This document shows positions 51,201 through 59,861 of a stretch of DNA of 62,476 nucleotides, in pieces. The stretch lies in the IMG/VR virus record IMGVR_UViG_3300017788_000023, positions 1-62,476 of that record, one strand, 5' to 3'. Numbering within the stretch: position 1 is the stretch's first letter; each line of letters begins with the position of its first letter. This DNA comes from a virus (taxonomy: Duplodnaviria > Caudoviricetes). Both the position numbers and the translations under genes were made by a program. The notes below the pieces were generated by a model. The model saw only the letters and a list, made by a program, of their open reading frames with translations. It was not told where the DNA came from and ran no database searches.

Positions 51201-54200
51201 CTGTAGAGGATCATCAATAGTTCTTAGATATGATTTATCACTATTAATAATATTATTTTTATCGAAGTAAAAATAATTTGTATATTTAATTTCTTCTTTT
51301 GTAGAAGAGGTTTCATAAAATGAACCAAATCCAAATTTAACTTCAATACAAGATCCAACAGATCCAGGTTTTTGAATACTTTGATAAGTTTCTAATGTTA
51401 AAATATTGTAATTTCCGCTAGGAGAAAATTCTAGAAAACTACCAACTAGTGTAACATTACTCGTATCAAACTTATATTTGTAATAACGTTGAATATCAAT
51501 GATTGGGTTTCTGACCCAATTTCCAGAAACAATATTCTGTTTAGAAAATTCAAACTGATATTGCGCGTCCTCTATAATTTTGTTAATGGTTACTAATTTT
51601 TTAGGAGATGATTGATCAAAAAAAGTATAATTTAAATTAACTCGTTGAATAGTTTCTAGAGAAGCAGTTAGATCATAAACAACCGTCAATATTTGATTAA
51701 CTGCATCATAATTTTGTACTATTCCCGAACCTAAAACAGTTCCAATTTCATATTGATTTGCTAGATTATATTTTGATTTGTATAACAAAACTGGTTGGGT
51801 GTTATAATGATCTATTGCTGTAGTAGATTCTTGTGCTCTTACTACTGTTATAGAATTATTATTAGAATTAATCCCAGTAACTTTTAAAATTTCTTTTCCA
51901 ATTTTTATTAAATCATTTTGAGATAATCCTTCAACTTTATTTACTTTTAGAGTTGTTTCTGAAAAAGAAAACCCAACGTGGTCTACGTCAGCAACAAAAA
52001 ATCTAGTGCTGGTCGAATTTGTAATACGCTGTAAAGAGGAATTAGAAAAAGTTACCGAATCTCCTTTTTTGTATCCTACTCCTTTTGAAGTAATAACAAC
52101 ATTAGATACTAATCCAGAAGTAACAGTAACTGTAGCTTTAGCATTACTAGAACCACCAATATTTCCCAATCTTGCTGCAGGATTTGAAGAGCCTACTATT
52201 CTACCTTCAATATCTCTACATTTAGTCTGGTCAGAAAAAATAATTTCTACGTTAGTATATGTCTGACTTGCTCCATTAGCATAATCAGCACCGCTATTTA
52301 AAACATTTAATCTTCCGATACCAGTATCAAAAATAGTAGTATCAAAAGAAGGAGGATTTAATTTTACTTTTTGATAAATTCTTTTTCTTACATAATATGT
52401 TGTTGTAGTAATAGCATCATTTGGAAAAATATTAACATTTACTAAATCACCTTGCGCTAAATTATGGGGAGTGGTAGTAGACGCAATAGCTATATTATCA
52501 TTCAATTTAAAAATTTTAATATTTTTGCTTAATTCATTTATTTTAGAAATTCTTACGCCAATTGTGTCAGTTCTAGTCGAACTAATGAGGAAGTAGTCAC
52601 CATCTACTACAAATTCTCCTTGAGTTACTTTACATTTAATATTATTTTTATCTTCAGTAGTTTCTAAAATAAGACCTCGAGCTTTTTCACTAACCGCAAT
52701 AGAACTTGGGTTATTTGTATCTGTTAATGATATCAAAGAACCAGTCGGAGTAGCAGAAATTTGGAATGAATTGATAGTTCTGTTTCTGACATAATAAATG
52801 ACATCAGCAGTAATTCCAGAAAATGTGTTTGAAAAGACAATAGGTTCTTGGTTTACAAATGGATTTGAAGAAACATTCAATACATTATTTGCAACATTAC
52901 TAATAATAGTTTGTTTTCCGTTAGTTAACTTTAAAATAGAATTAGATGTAAAATTAGATGATTTATTAACGATTAAATTAATAACTTGAATTGATGAATA
53001 TAATTTATCAACTAAATTAAAAGTACCGCTGATGTTTCTCAGTACAATATTACTGCCATCAAAAACATCACCAATAATTTGCCCACTTGCGTTAGTATTT
53101 TCTTGATATAAAATATCATCCTTAAACAAATACGCAGTATTTTCAATTTGTAATTGAATTGCTTTAATTTGTCTATTTTCTATAGATGTAACTGATTTTC
53201 CTTTTACAGAAGATACTTTTGCTACAATACCACTGCCCGAAGTTCCCGAATTATCTACTTCTACTAAATTGCCAACAGAAAAATTATCGTGACTGCTGAA
53301 AACATCTAAAGAAGACACTGAACCCGAATTAATTTCATCAATAAAAAATAATTCTTCTTTTCCGTTGTCAGGAATATTATCCGTTCTTAATCTACTTACT
53401 ATTCTTGGTAAATCATCTTGTGAAATCTTTTTACTGTAATTAGAATCAGTTGGAACCGAATAAAAATTTTCTCCCAAAACATAAGGAAATACTGGGATAT
53501 CATTAGAATTGACTGTTAAGAAATACGCATATACTCCATCTGGATATTCTGGTGTTACACAAAATCTTCCGTTATTTTCGTCTAGAGTTCCTAAACGATG
53601 ATTATAACGATAATCTTGGATAAAATATCCCAAAGGATATGTTGAAACAGGCGGTCCGTCAATTCGGTTATTCTTTAATTCATAACTACTAATCATCCGT
53701 ACAATCTGAGTTGTATTATCTTTAGGATCAGTAAAACCATATGGACCATAAATTGGATTGCCATCATAAGCATATCCTAGAATTTTTGAATGCTTTAATA
53801 CAGGTGAAGTAGAGCCATTTGGTTCTAAATTATCACCCAAAGAAATTCTAAGTGCTTTTGGATTCCCCAAGTATGCGTATCCATATCCAAGAGCAGGATT
53901 GATATTTTCAAAGAAATATCCATTATTAGAATCTAATTGATTGTAGATATTTACATATCTATTCTTTTTCCATCTCTTAACAGATGCTACAGCAGTTGCT
54001 CCACTTCCTACTGAAACAATTTTAACTTCTATATTTTCTTGAGTGTAAAACTTACCCTCATCTTCTTTAATGAATCCAGTAATTTTTCCATCATTTGAAA
54101 TTGTGCTTTTAAACCTAGCAAATCTACCTTTCCCAAGTTTATCAACAATTACAACTTCTGGAGCTGTTGAATAATATTCTCCAGGATTAGTTAATTTTAG

Positions 54201-56186
54201 ACTTGTAATTTTCCCTAAAGTTACAACTGCCGTAGCTGCTCCTTTACGTCCAGAAGTGATGGTAACCGTTGGTTCTGGGGGAAAATAACCAAGTCCTCCA
54301 GATTCAACAATTATACGGTCAACAACTTCTCCTGATAATACTGCTCTCGCTTTTGCTGCTTCAACTCCTATTTTTTCCTCAATAAGAATATATGGAGCAT
54401 CTAAATATCCCTTTCCTTTTCCTGTTAAAGTAATTTCAGTTACTCCACCAAAAATTACATCATTATCTACCTCACCAACTTTAGTATAATCTTTATAACT
54501 GTAAAAAGGAACTCCATTTACAGCAATACCAACATCACGAGTTGATGTTGAGACAATTTCTGTGCTAACAGATGAAGTTTTTTTAATAATTTTTAAAAAC
54601 TTTTGATCTTCTAATAATTTGTTCCAAGAACTTTTACCAAAATCATGAGATGGGAATCCAGATGAAGCAATATAATAATACTGGTCGTCTTCATAAAGAG
54701 CAGCCACATCAGAATTTAATTTGTTTATTTTACTTAAATATGTTGGTGGAACTAGTGAAGATGATGGGTTGGATAGAGATTGATTAATTTTCCATCTAAC
54801 ATTGCCTGTGAATTTATCATATACTATGGTATCTCTGGTTTCAAATCCTGTTTGTGATACTTGGACTGAATCTCCAATTATAGAATATGGAGATAAATTT
54901 GTTATATCTAAATTATAAACAACTCCTAAAACAATTAACTTAACTGATTGTAAAAATCCATTAGAATCTGGATATTTTGCTTCAACGGCAGTGTAATTAT
55001 ATACTTTAGTATCTATTGGATATGCTGCTGGGACAGATCCTCTATTTTCAATAACAAATTGATTTACATTTTTTGATTTGTATGTAATCTCTTCATTATT
55101 AATTAAGATTTTACCAGATGAAGAATCCCACCCAGCAGTAGAAAATACATTAATGATACTATTAGTACTATCTAATAAAGTAACTGGTTTTGTTAATTTT
55201 GTTTCCGCCGCTACCTTAAATTCGCCAACTAAAGTTTCTTGGGCTAATATAACTTCATAGAATTGATTTCCTAAATCAATTATGTTATCTACAACAGCAA
55301 ATGACTTGATTGCGTAAGGATCTAAATCATCTGGAGACTGAATAATCTTTTGACCTACAATATTAGAGATATTGCCAGAAATAACTTTAACTTTTAAAGC
55401 GTATTTGTTTATCCATTCACCATTAGATGATTTAAAAGTATAATCCTTAGGATAGTATACTGTAGGAATATCATCTATTTCTCTTGCTATAATAGAATTA
55501 AAAATAAATTTAATTGATTGATCAGTTCCTTTAGATTGATAAAACTGTTTAATATTTTTGATAAGAGTTTTCTTATCAACTGTTGGTTTTAAATTTTCTT
55601 CTGGAAAAGAAGCAAGATATTGTGTTTCAAAATTTCTAACAAACGCATACAAGAACAAATTACTAATATTTGATACTATCGTACCAGCAAGGTAAATTGG
55701 ACCAGATACAGTCTGTCCAGAAGACCCTCTACCAACTTCAGAATACGGTACTGCCTTATATTCTAATTCGTTGTATAAATCACCTAACTTTGTAGTAGCA
55801 CTTACATTTCGGTAGCAATTTCTAAGAGCATTTCCTTCTCTTGTCTGGTAGAATATTACTTCTTCCCCAATCATCAAGTAACCATTCTTTTTGGGGAAAG
55901 AGGACCCATCAAGTAAATTGATAATAATTTCAGTAATTATATTATTACTATTTCTTGTCTCGACCAAAGAGACTAATGTAGTATTTTCTTTCAGTATATT
56001 TTTTTCATAAGTATCAATATCTTGATACTTTGTAATATGATTAATAAGATCTAATGGCTGCCCAGACGTTTCCTGCTGTTCGTAATATTTCTGTACGAAC
56101 TTAACAAAATTTGGATACTCTGAAGAGATGAATTCTGGAAGTTGATTCTCAACTAAAGTAGAGAAACTTCTTGCTTTTCCTGCCAT
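45291..56186 (-). CDS. gp7: Baseplate wedge initiator, expanded (3631 aa)
   Basis: QLPEFI..EYP.FV.F...YYE, IKQFYQSKGT, DSYFYQDYSY.IKS...W......HPAGFKVFGE; between gp6 and gp8. Confidence 0.88.
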   Translation of the reverse strand: MAGKARSFSTLVENQLPEFISSEYPNFVKFVQKYYEQQETSGQPLDLINHITKYQDIDTYEKNILKENTTLVSLVETRNSNNIITEIIINLLDGSSFPKKNGYLMIGEEVIFYQTREGNALRNCYRNVSATTKLGDLYNELEYKAVPYSEVGRGSSGQTVSGPIYLAGTIVSNISNLFLYAFVRNFETQYLASFPEENLKPTVDKKTLIKNIKQFYQSKGTDQSIKFIFNSIIAREIDDIPTVYYPKDYTFKSSNGEWINKYALKVKVISGNISNIVGQKIIQSPDDLDPYAIKSFAVVDNIIDLGNQFYEVILAQETLVGEFKVAAETKLTKPVTLLDSTNSIINVFSTAGWDSSSGKILINNEEITYKSKNVNQFVIENRGSVPAAYPIDTKVYNYTAVEAKYPDSNGFLQSVKLIVLGVVYNLDITNLSPYSIIGDSVQVSQTGFETRDTIVYDKFTGNVRWKINQSLSNPSSSLVPPTYLSKINKLNSDVAALYEDDQYYYIASSGFPSHDFGKSSWNKLLEDQKFLKIIKKTSSVSTEIVSTSTRDVGIAVNGVPFYSYKDYTKVGEVDNDVIFGGVTEITLTGKGKGYLDAPYILIEEKIGVEAAKARAVLSGEVVDRIIVESGGLGYFPPEPTVTITSGRKGAATAVVTLGKITSLKLTNPGEYYSTAPEVVIVDKLGKGRFARFKSTISNDGKITGFIKEDEGKFYTQENIEVKIVSVGSGATAVASVKRWKKNRYVNIYNQLDSNNGYFFENINPALGYGYAYLGNPKALRISLGDNLEPNGSTSPVLKHSKILGYAYDGNPIYGPYGFTDPKDNTTQIVRMISSYELKNNRIDGPPVSTYPLGYFIQDYRYNHRLGTLDENNGRFCVTPEYPDGVYAYFLTVNSNDIPVFPYVLGENFYSVPTDSNYSKKISQDDLPRIVSRLRTDNIPDNGKEELFFIDEINSGSVSSLDVFSSHDNFSVGNLVEVDNSGTSGSGIVAKVSSVKGKSVTSIENRQIKAIQLQIENTAYLFKDDILYQENTNASGQIIGDVFDGSNIVLRNISGTFNLVDKLYSSIQVINLIVNKSSNFTSNSILKLTNGKQTIISNVANNVLNVSSNPFVNQEPIVFSNTFSGITADVIYYVRNRTINSFQISATPTGSLISLTDTNNPSSIAVSEKARGLILETTEDKNNIKCKVTQGEFVVDGDYFLISSTRTDTIGVRISKINELSKNIKIFKLNDNIAIASTTTPHNLAQGDLVNVNIFPNDAITTTTYYVRKRIYQKVKLNPPSFDTTIFDTGIGRLNVLNSGADYANGASQTYTNVEIIFSDQTKCRDIEGRIVGSSNPAARLGNIGGSSNAKATVTVTSGLVSNVVITSKGVGYKKGDSVTFSNSSLQRITNSTSTRFFVADVDHVGFSFSETTLKVNKVEGLSQNDLIKIGKEILKVTGINSNNNSITVVRAQESTTAIDHYNTQPVLLYKSKYNLANQYEIGTVLGSGIVQNYDAVNQILTVVYDLTASLETIQRVNLNYTFFDQSSPKKLVTINKIIEDAQYQFEFSKQNIVSGNWVRNPIIDIQRYYKYKFDTSNVTLVGSFLEFSPSGNYNILTLETYQSIQKPGSVGSCIEVKFGFGSFYETSSTKEEIKYTNYFYFDKNNIINSDKSYLRTIDDPLQGTKTITYVTPTKFVYELQDISLYDGSGTISYTTTSSSAIGNINSFSISNPGKEFKKIPVVTGVRPSVSLESICKPIWNSTTKTIDSVSVIFPGRNYSKPKAVLISGDGSLAEFSVIKNSLGEITAILVTNKGKNYSYQPEIKIVETDLTAYFSSKTIGAPKSVKIISNGYNFNRDQSISKKYSSVQILTLKNFVPNAFLDDEEIVQYDGNILIAKGKVAKEGWKIGSNILRLQSIEGIFRLDLPIIGKSQNKTATIIKIFATIFSPKIKSYYDNLGKYASDRSNIGSESQKIADSYFYQDYSYAIKSKTPIDVWRNLIVKTTHPAGFKVFGEVEINTKASAEFKPDPVTQEKVSFVQLWDPQKNRVTVESTRRLITTTTVKVKDVNEVRGKGSAYIAPFDTSETISYEFYLDPVFNGYIDESGNRAGTKSFNMKIKGSNSLLNVSNVNNLFISLDGIIQEPQTTYTVSGSTITFSEAPLGKRFSTGSYGNDSLTAINPVSFYKIRFNAVIGQLDLSYFVVGQEFTTTTSTRQFSLFKTPGVIATELSGKYKIVDKGVQGGFYNVVSFVNNIGNNTATVVLSNTTGLNNNSAGLAISGNGIPDGSGLQGINLSNNTITISGTISSAVVGTVIIGNRYVTAEPVGKLLPVLSSVYNGNILNGISPFNSSILVDGYSVNTNSYFVDYNFRSYVTGVDTPAQDFIGRSIQFKDSLLNTQNFKKIKDISSQFDNVKTSFQLYYEDNTPVQSLPSSDNLIVSIDGVIQRSGTTPLLPKDRAYYIKRTTTPNEIVFLEAPRKFEQTSANQIFNKSDQSFFAHNVGAYERLKIDEQYVDNEFTGPFTLRSATTGKTVSVDDDRNVLVFVEEVLQKRLKSYTIRGSNISFIEPLRVGQKINIVYLYGRDSVKFITMFDFDHNDYLNRIEIEVNYNPELVQFTNILCFQGNNYETNTADGTIKKYDKKETPLNVSSITSSGTTVTVTTSSPHGLRAGQEIRVFGSPIDEFNTSVGFILPFDLTLDSFKYQVPFAPQPTSSTSTTVSTTATIVYITTTLTLETQNKKFVKTKNITCIDGKVDGSGDVIIPLASINAIGQALSVTGGTAYFEETEETLDILRKTTTGWLIGSSREPNYWNALSPDDQIKVDGEDEYRTILSIPSEVIKTEYRETADVTTGYLGKISTTNYNGIQLGEGLDIVCNIDTNITSPTYGQVISLIWNQKDYGKYESKGILPRPAGYSYEDAPRLNFVPQALKDEGGSIISPAAGGGASGYVVVHNGEPIDVVLTDGGSGYETPPKVYITRGYYVKKSKKNSHHRIITNFFTPLVLSNRLVITSGASFSTDAEPPIVYIERFAPVTIAKRDIFITATILLSDKVTIPAKQPKADIQIYLELGPVKITSLSGLSFISGSIESGIEKVEQESTVTILDSLREILISARSFLKLIQSPVYPALYDTGAYLQSPLSKTDSIIYIADTSKFTVSGRLMIGGEIIRYNSKLSDRFIGALRGVDGTSPSTHDAGSFVRQYRENVTIVSAGLAGAGATSEIISVGSIQTGSASVANIITTVQKTTNPNVVSIGDEITLITQDKISTNSVINVSTAIVVSSSQFSLGTVSLQSGSVADIISVTQKIINPNIVLVGDQITLVIQDKIFTNSVINVSTELAITRDQVSFSTVSLQSGSVADIISVTQQITNPNIVSIGDEITLTTNTSINSNSVINVLNIRVVESYIQKIVDLGTITGITNEIISTVTHTNIIESTVAKTIVAVEKFYKTGIIDFYIENVVLDGLVLTRAGTFVVLDPPINTITLNGGTTILVTNSSIGYNTDYDSYTIGNAGNRKSTIESWKFMDTGTVPYGGVTIQQLELEYGPLILSNFEQNSLSNFTSYLSTGVYYNAGYPSISESGAILNTDMTTTSTTLTVQTVDGLLTALSKFPSSGYIRIGKEVISYTGKTGLTLMGVIRSVNGVVETHSIGDYLRTTN
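46076..46580 (-). repeat. 183-bp (61-aa) tandem repeat, about 2.7 copies, in gp7 C-terminus
   Basis: GAAATAATATCAGCAACAGATCCTGATTGTAGTGAAACTGTAC identical at 46174 and 46357. Confidence 0.9.
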
Positions 56187-56193
56187 TTACTTC

Positions 56194-57987
56194 TTACTCT
56201 TGAATGATTGTGAATGTGCTCTTGGCAATATCAACATCTAGAAACATTTCACGTACTGCTACAATATCATTAAATTGTGGTCTTAATCTTACCTCAATTC
56301 TGTTATCATCAAATGATCCTTTGATAATAGTTACATCAAACATTTGGATTTCTCCAGTAACATAATTAATATTACCTATATTAGGATTTAAAATTATTTT
56401 AGTTCCAGTTTGAGAATCTAATCTATACAGAATTATTTTACCATCACGATCTTCAATATAACTAGTAAAATTTGGATATTCTTGAACTACAAATCCAGTA
56501 CTCGTTAAGGCTAGTTCATCATTATCATAATCAAAAGGATTATTAAAACAAAGTTCATAATATGCTTTGTTATTCAGCGAAGGATAAAAATCTTTTCGCA
56601 TAATAACTTCAGTCAAGTTAGAACGAACAGATTTATCAGTACTATCTATAGCACTTACTAATCTGCTATACCTAAATTTACCTCCAAACTTTTCTGTATC
56701 TGAATTTTTAAGATAACTCTCTACGTTTTTGATAATCTTTGAACGAATGGCGTCGGGTTTTTTATTGGTAAGTGAAGATTGAAAATATATCTTACTTTTC
56801 AATTCAATATATAAAATCGAAGAGTCTATAATTTCTGGAGTCACTGATCCAACCGAAAATTTCTTAATTTCGTTTTGAATTTGTCTTTTTGTAAAACTTG
56901 TCAAAAATGCGGCATTTGATGGTTTAATAACTATTTTTACTTTGCCATATTCTGGTGGATTTGATTCTTCACCCCCAAATGAGTATACATCTGCTATAGA
57001 AGGATAAATTCTTCTACAAATTGCTTCATAATCAGCTGAAGTAACTGCTCTATTTTGCGTTCCAAATAAAGATGGCGCATTTCTCTTTATAGAATCAATT
57101 GTTTCAATAGATGCTCCTCCATAAGAAGCAGAATTAACAGTTACCGATACATCATTGATGCCAAAAGTAACACCGTTTTCATCTTCTACAATACCATTGA
57201 ATGTAAATACCTTTGCTGAATTTGTTACTTCTCCAGCAGTTACCATATAGATAACTTCTACATATTGTCCTGGCGTTAACTTTTTACCTAGGGTGCCATC
57301 TCCAAAAGTAACTTTATAATTTTCGTCTTCTACCTCGGTAACAAAAAATACCTGAGATTTTGGATTCAGTGTCAGAATATTTTCTGATAATTTATAAATG
57401 TTGAATGTTGTAGAAGTCGGACTGTCATATACATTTACTCTGATGGTAGAAACATCGATTCCTACATTGTCTAAAATAACCTCAGGAGCACTATTACCTA
57501 CAGTTAGGTATTTTTTAATTAATGTACCTTCGTAAATTTTTAAATTTTCAAATATTGCTTGATTACTATTGACTGCTGCTTTAGCATCATCTTGTAAAAT
57601 ATACTGGTATAATGCATTATCAATTGTCGTGATAAATCCGCTTCCTCTTTTGAAAACCAGAGAATTTATCGTACCCGTTAGAGAAATAGTAATAGTACAA
57701 TTAACATCAGCTTCTGGAGCAGTCGCTGACCTAGGAGTATAACCAAGTTGCTTCGCAATAGAAATTACATTATCTCTTAATGTTGCTGAATCGAGAAACA
57801 TCTCATTCGCAACCATATTGGTATTAAATGCCGTATAATACGTGTTGTATGCTAGTAAATCTAAAAGATTACTGAATACCGAACCTTCAAAGTCATAATC
57901 TGTAAAATCCGAATTCGCACGCAAGTAATCACGCAGAGAATTTCGTATTTCAAAGTAATCTAGATTAGTAAGTTGATTATAAGGCAT
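56194..57987 (-). CDS. gp6: Baseplate wedge subunit
   Basis: FTDYDFEGS, LAYNTYY, FLDSATLRDNV, QNRAVTSADY. Confidence 0.96.
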   Translation of the reverse strand: MPYNQLTNLDYFEIRNSLRDYLRANSDFTDYDFEGSVFSNLLDLLAYNTYYTAFNTNMVANEMFLDSATLRDNVISIAKQLGYTPRSATAPEADVNCTITISLTGTINSLVFKRGSGFITTIDNALYQYILQDDAKAAVNSNQAIFENLKIYEGTLIKKYLTVGNSAPEVILDNVGIDVSTIRVNVYDSPTSTTFNIYKLSENILTLNPKSQVFFVTEVEDENYKVTFGDGTLGKKLTPGQYVEVIYMVTAGEVTNSAKVFTFNGIVEDENGVTFGINDVSVTVNSASYGGASIETIDSIKRNAPSLFGTQNRAVTSADYEAICRRIYPSIADVYSFGGEESNPPEYGKVKIVIKPSNAAFLTSFTKRQIQNEIKKFSVGSVTPEIIDSSILYIELKSKIYFQSSLTNKKPDAIRSKIIKNVESYLKNSDTEKFGGKFRYSRLVSAIDSTDKSVRSNLTEVIMRKDFYPSLNNKAYYELCFNNPFDYDNDELALTSTGFVVQEYPNFTSYIEDRDGKIILYRLDSQTGTKIILNPNIGNINYVTGEIQMFDVTIIKGSFDDNRIEVRLRPQFNDIVAVREMFLDVDIAKSTFTIIQE

Positions 57988-57988
57988 T

Positions 57989-58384
57989 TTACGATCCCGC
58001 CCTGTCTAAGAAAAATTCTAAATTCTGTATACTTTCTGGTTGTCCAATAATAGTATATTCAATAAAGACTTCAAAACCATTATTGTCGAATTCAACCTCA
58101 ACATTAACATTTTTTAAAATTACTCTTGGTTCGAAGGCGCCAATCGTATATCTAATTTCATCTTGAATAAGTCCAGCTGTAATAAAATCTAGTGGTTCAA
58201 AAAGAAGATTACTGACGTTACAACCGATATTTGGGTTGAATAGGCGTTCACCACGCTTCGTTAGAATCAAATTTGTTACCGACCTTTTGATCGCAGCATC
58301 ATTTTTAGTTACCAGTAAATCACTAGTAACTGGATTTTTATCAAAAGTTATGCTGAGATCCTTAAAGGACTTGCTGGAGGGCAT
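57989..58384 (-). CDS. gp25: Baseplate wedge subunit
   Basis: AIKRSVTNLILT..GERLFNP.IG, FEPRV. Confidence 0.95.
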   Translation of the reverse strand: MPSSKSFKDLSITFDKNPVTSDLLVTKNDAAIKRSVTNLILTKRGERLFNPNIGCNVSNLLFEPLDFITAGLIQDEIRYTIGAFEPRVILKNVNVEVEFDNNGFEVFIEYTIIGQPESIQNLEFFLDRAGS

Positions 58385-58394
58385 AAATTTAGTC

Positions 58395-58414
58395 TATTTA
58401 TAAACTTATTTATG
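58395..58414 (-). promoter_or_regulatory. Late promoters (TATAAATA and CATAAATA) for gp25
   Basis: Motifs at 58395-58402 and 58407-58414. Confidence 0.7.
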
Positions 58415-58431
58415 CTTTATCTGTCGGAGAT

Positions 58432-58632
58432 TTACACTAACCATTCGACATAATCATCAAAACCATCCTTACCACCACAGAATTTTTCTAATCTATTTTC
58501 GGGCGGGTCATTTCTTTTCTTTATTGTCGGAGTCACTGCTTTTTCTGCTACATAATCGGTAATTAACCGAGTTGTACCCCAATTTTCTTTCATATATTCG
58601 ACATTTCTGTCTGGATTTTGATTTTTTGCCAT
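58432..58632 (-). CDS. Hypothetical protein
   Basis: Non-overlapping ORF, GGA 8 nt before ATG. Confidence 0.7.
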   Translation of the reverse strand: MAKNQNPDRNVEYMKENWGTTRLITDYVAEKAVTPTIKKRNDPPENRLEKFCGGKDGFDDYVEWLV

Positions 58633-58676
58633 CTGTTTTGTCCAAAAGGGTTAAAACAGAACTTTTTACGGGGTTG

Positions 58677-59132
58677 CTATCCCGAGTTTTTGACAATTTC
58701 ATAATCATCACCTAGAATTTCACGCATATAGTCATCATTCCAGTAGTCATAATACTTGGTATTACCCAAAGCTTTTCGAAATTCTCTCAATTTTTCCGTA
58801 GGTTGTGCTAAAATAAGGTTAAAAAGTCCATTGTTACTCTGAATTTTTCCAACGAAATCAGCTTTTTCCGCACAATCGGCATAAAAGTCCCATCCTTCCC
58901 ATATTTTGTTGTAAGACTCGACCCATTCTAGCACATCTTCGACAGCAAGGTAGTCTTCGACAATAAAAATGACGACATCGTAACCGTCAATAGGCTCGAT
59001 ATCGTCAACGGGACACTCTACTATCTTGTAATTTGCTTTCGAGGCATAGGGGCAGATCGCAAAACCACCCAATTCTGGGCGTAGTATCGATACTTTGCGA
59101 ATCCATTCCCTAATATGTGCCTCTTTGTCCAT
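58677..59132 (-). CDS. Hypothetical protein (ICPYA motif, weakly DUF1415-like)
   Basis: GGAG RBS; TAATG coupling to upstream ORF. Confidence 0.7.
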   Translation of the reverse strand: MDKEAHIREWIRKVSILRPELGGFAICPYASKANYKIVECPVDDIEPIDGYDVVIFIVEDYLAVEDVLEWVESYNKIWEGWDFYADCAEKADFVGKIQSNNGLFNLILAQPTEKLREFRKALGNTKYYDYWNDDYMREILGDDYEIVKNSG

Positions 59133-59278
59133 TAACTCCCCTGACCGCGATAGCGTTTTTTCTGTCCATTTCGACTAGTAGCAGAAAGATTTGTATTTTT
59201 GCTTCTTCCTTGACTAGTCATTTTAGGTTTACCAGGAACATAATTAGTTTTTGTGTAGGAACCTTTGAGTTTTGCCAT
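59132..59278 (-). CDS. 48-aa basic protein missing from the ORF track
   Basis: MAKLKGSYTKTNYVPGKPKMTSQGRSKNTNLSATSRNGQKKRYRGQGS; fills the gap; TAATG overlap with the next gene. Confidence 0.75.
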   Translation of the reverse strand: MAKLKGSYTKTNYVPGKPKMTSQGRSKNTNLSATSRNGQKKRYRGQGS

Positions 59279-59287
59279 AATTTTCTC

Positions 59288-59860
59288 TTACAATAATCCT
59301 TTATTAGGTATATAGACATTATAACATGATTTTGATAATCTGCCAAATACTGCTCCTCTTCCTTTCATTTTATCGCCAGGTCGTGCCATTGCCCCACCGT
59401 TACAAAAAACATTCGAACATCCAGTAGCAATTTCATCGGCGTGGGGTGGATCTTTTGGATTTGGTGGAATATCATGTAGTTCAAACTTATTACCAACTCG
59501 TAATGCTGCCGCACCATTACAAAATACATCTTTTGAAAATCCCACACCCGCAGTTTTATTTAATCCAACGGGCTGATACCCAGGATGCCCAGAAAGTAAC
59601 GCAGCATCAAATATAGCAGGGTTGGTGTAGTTACCATCTGAGCGATTTCCCTGTGCCGCTGTATTGCCTTGCTCTTTTGTTGCGCCTTGCTCTGCGTCTT
59701 GAACTGAACTACCATCTGATGGAACTTGTTTACCTGCGTCATCACCATAACTTCCAGGTAATGCGCCAGTTTCACCAATACTCTTTTCATCAGCAATAAA
59801 CTGGTTTACTTCTGCTGCTGAAGCAATTTCTACATTATTTTTGTTAAATACAGCGGCCAT
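59288..59860 (-). CDS. PAAR-type spike tip protein (gp5.4-like) with N-terminal extension
   Basis: GH...VFCNGAAALRVGN...H...H.....GCSNVFCNGGAMARPGD...NVY. Confidence 0.8.
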   Translation of the reverse strand: MAAVFNKNNVEIASAAEVNQFIADEKSIGETGALPGSYGDDAGKQVPSDGSSVQDAEQGATKEQGNTAAQGNRSDGNYTNPAIFDAALLSGHPGYQPVGLNKTAGVGFSKDVFCNGAAALRVGNKFELHDIPPNPKDPPHADEIATGCSNVFCNGGAMARPGDKMKGRGAVFGRLSKSCYNVYIPNKGLL

Positions 59861-59861
59861 A

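Noticed and set aside
601-55260. Many short plus-strand and nested ORFs in the track
   Set aside because: They lie within well-supported minus-strand genes and reflect codon bias; no RBS or motif support seen.
58641-58682. GGA-TAG in a hairpin with a downstream GGA, like T4 gene 60 ribosomal bypassing
   Set aside because: The second GGA is out of frame with the next ORF and leads to an early stop; it fits better as an RBS.
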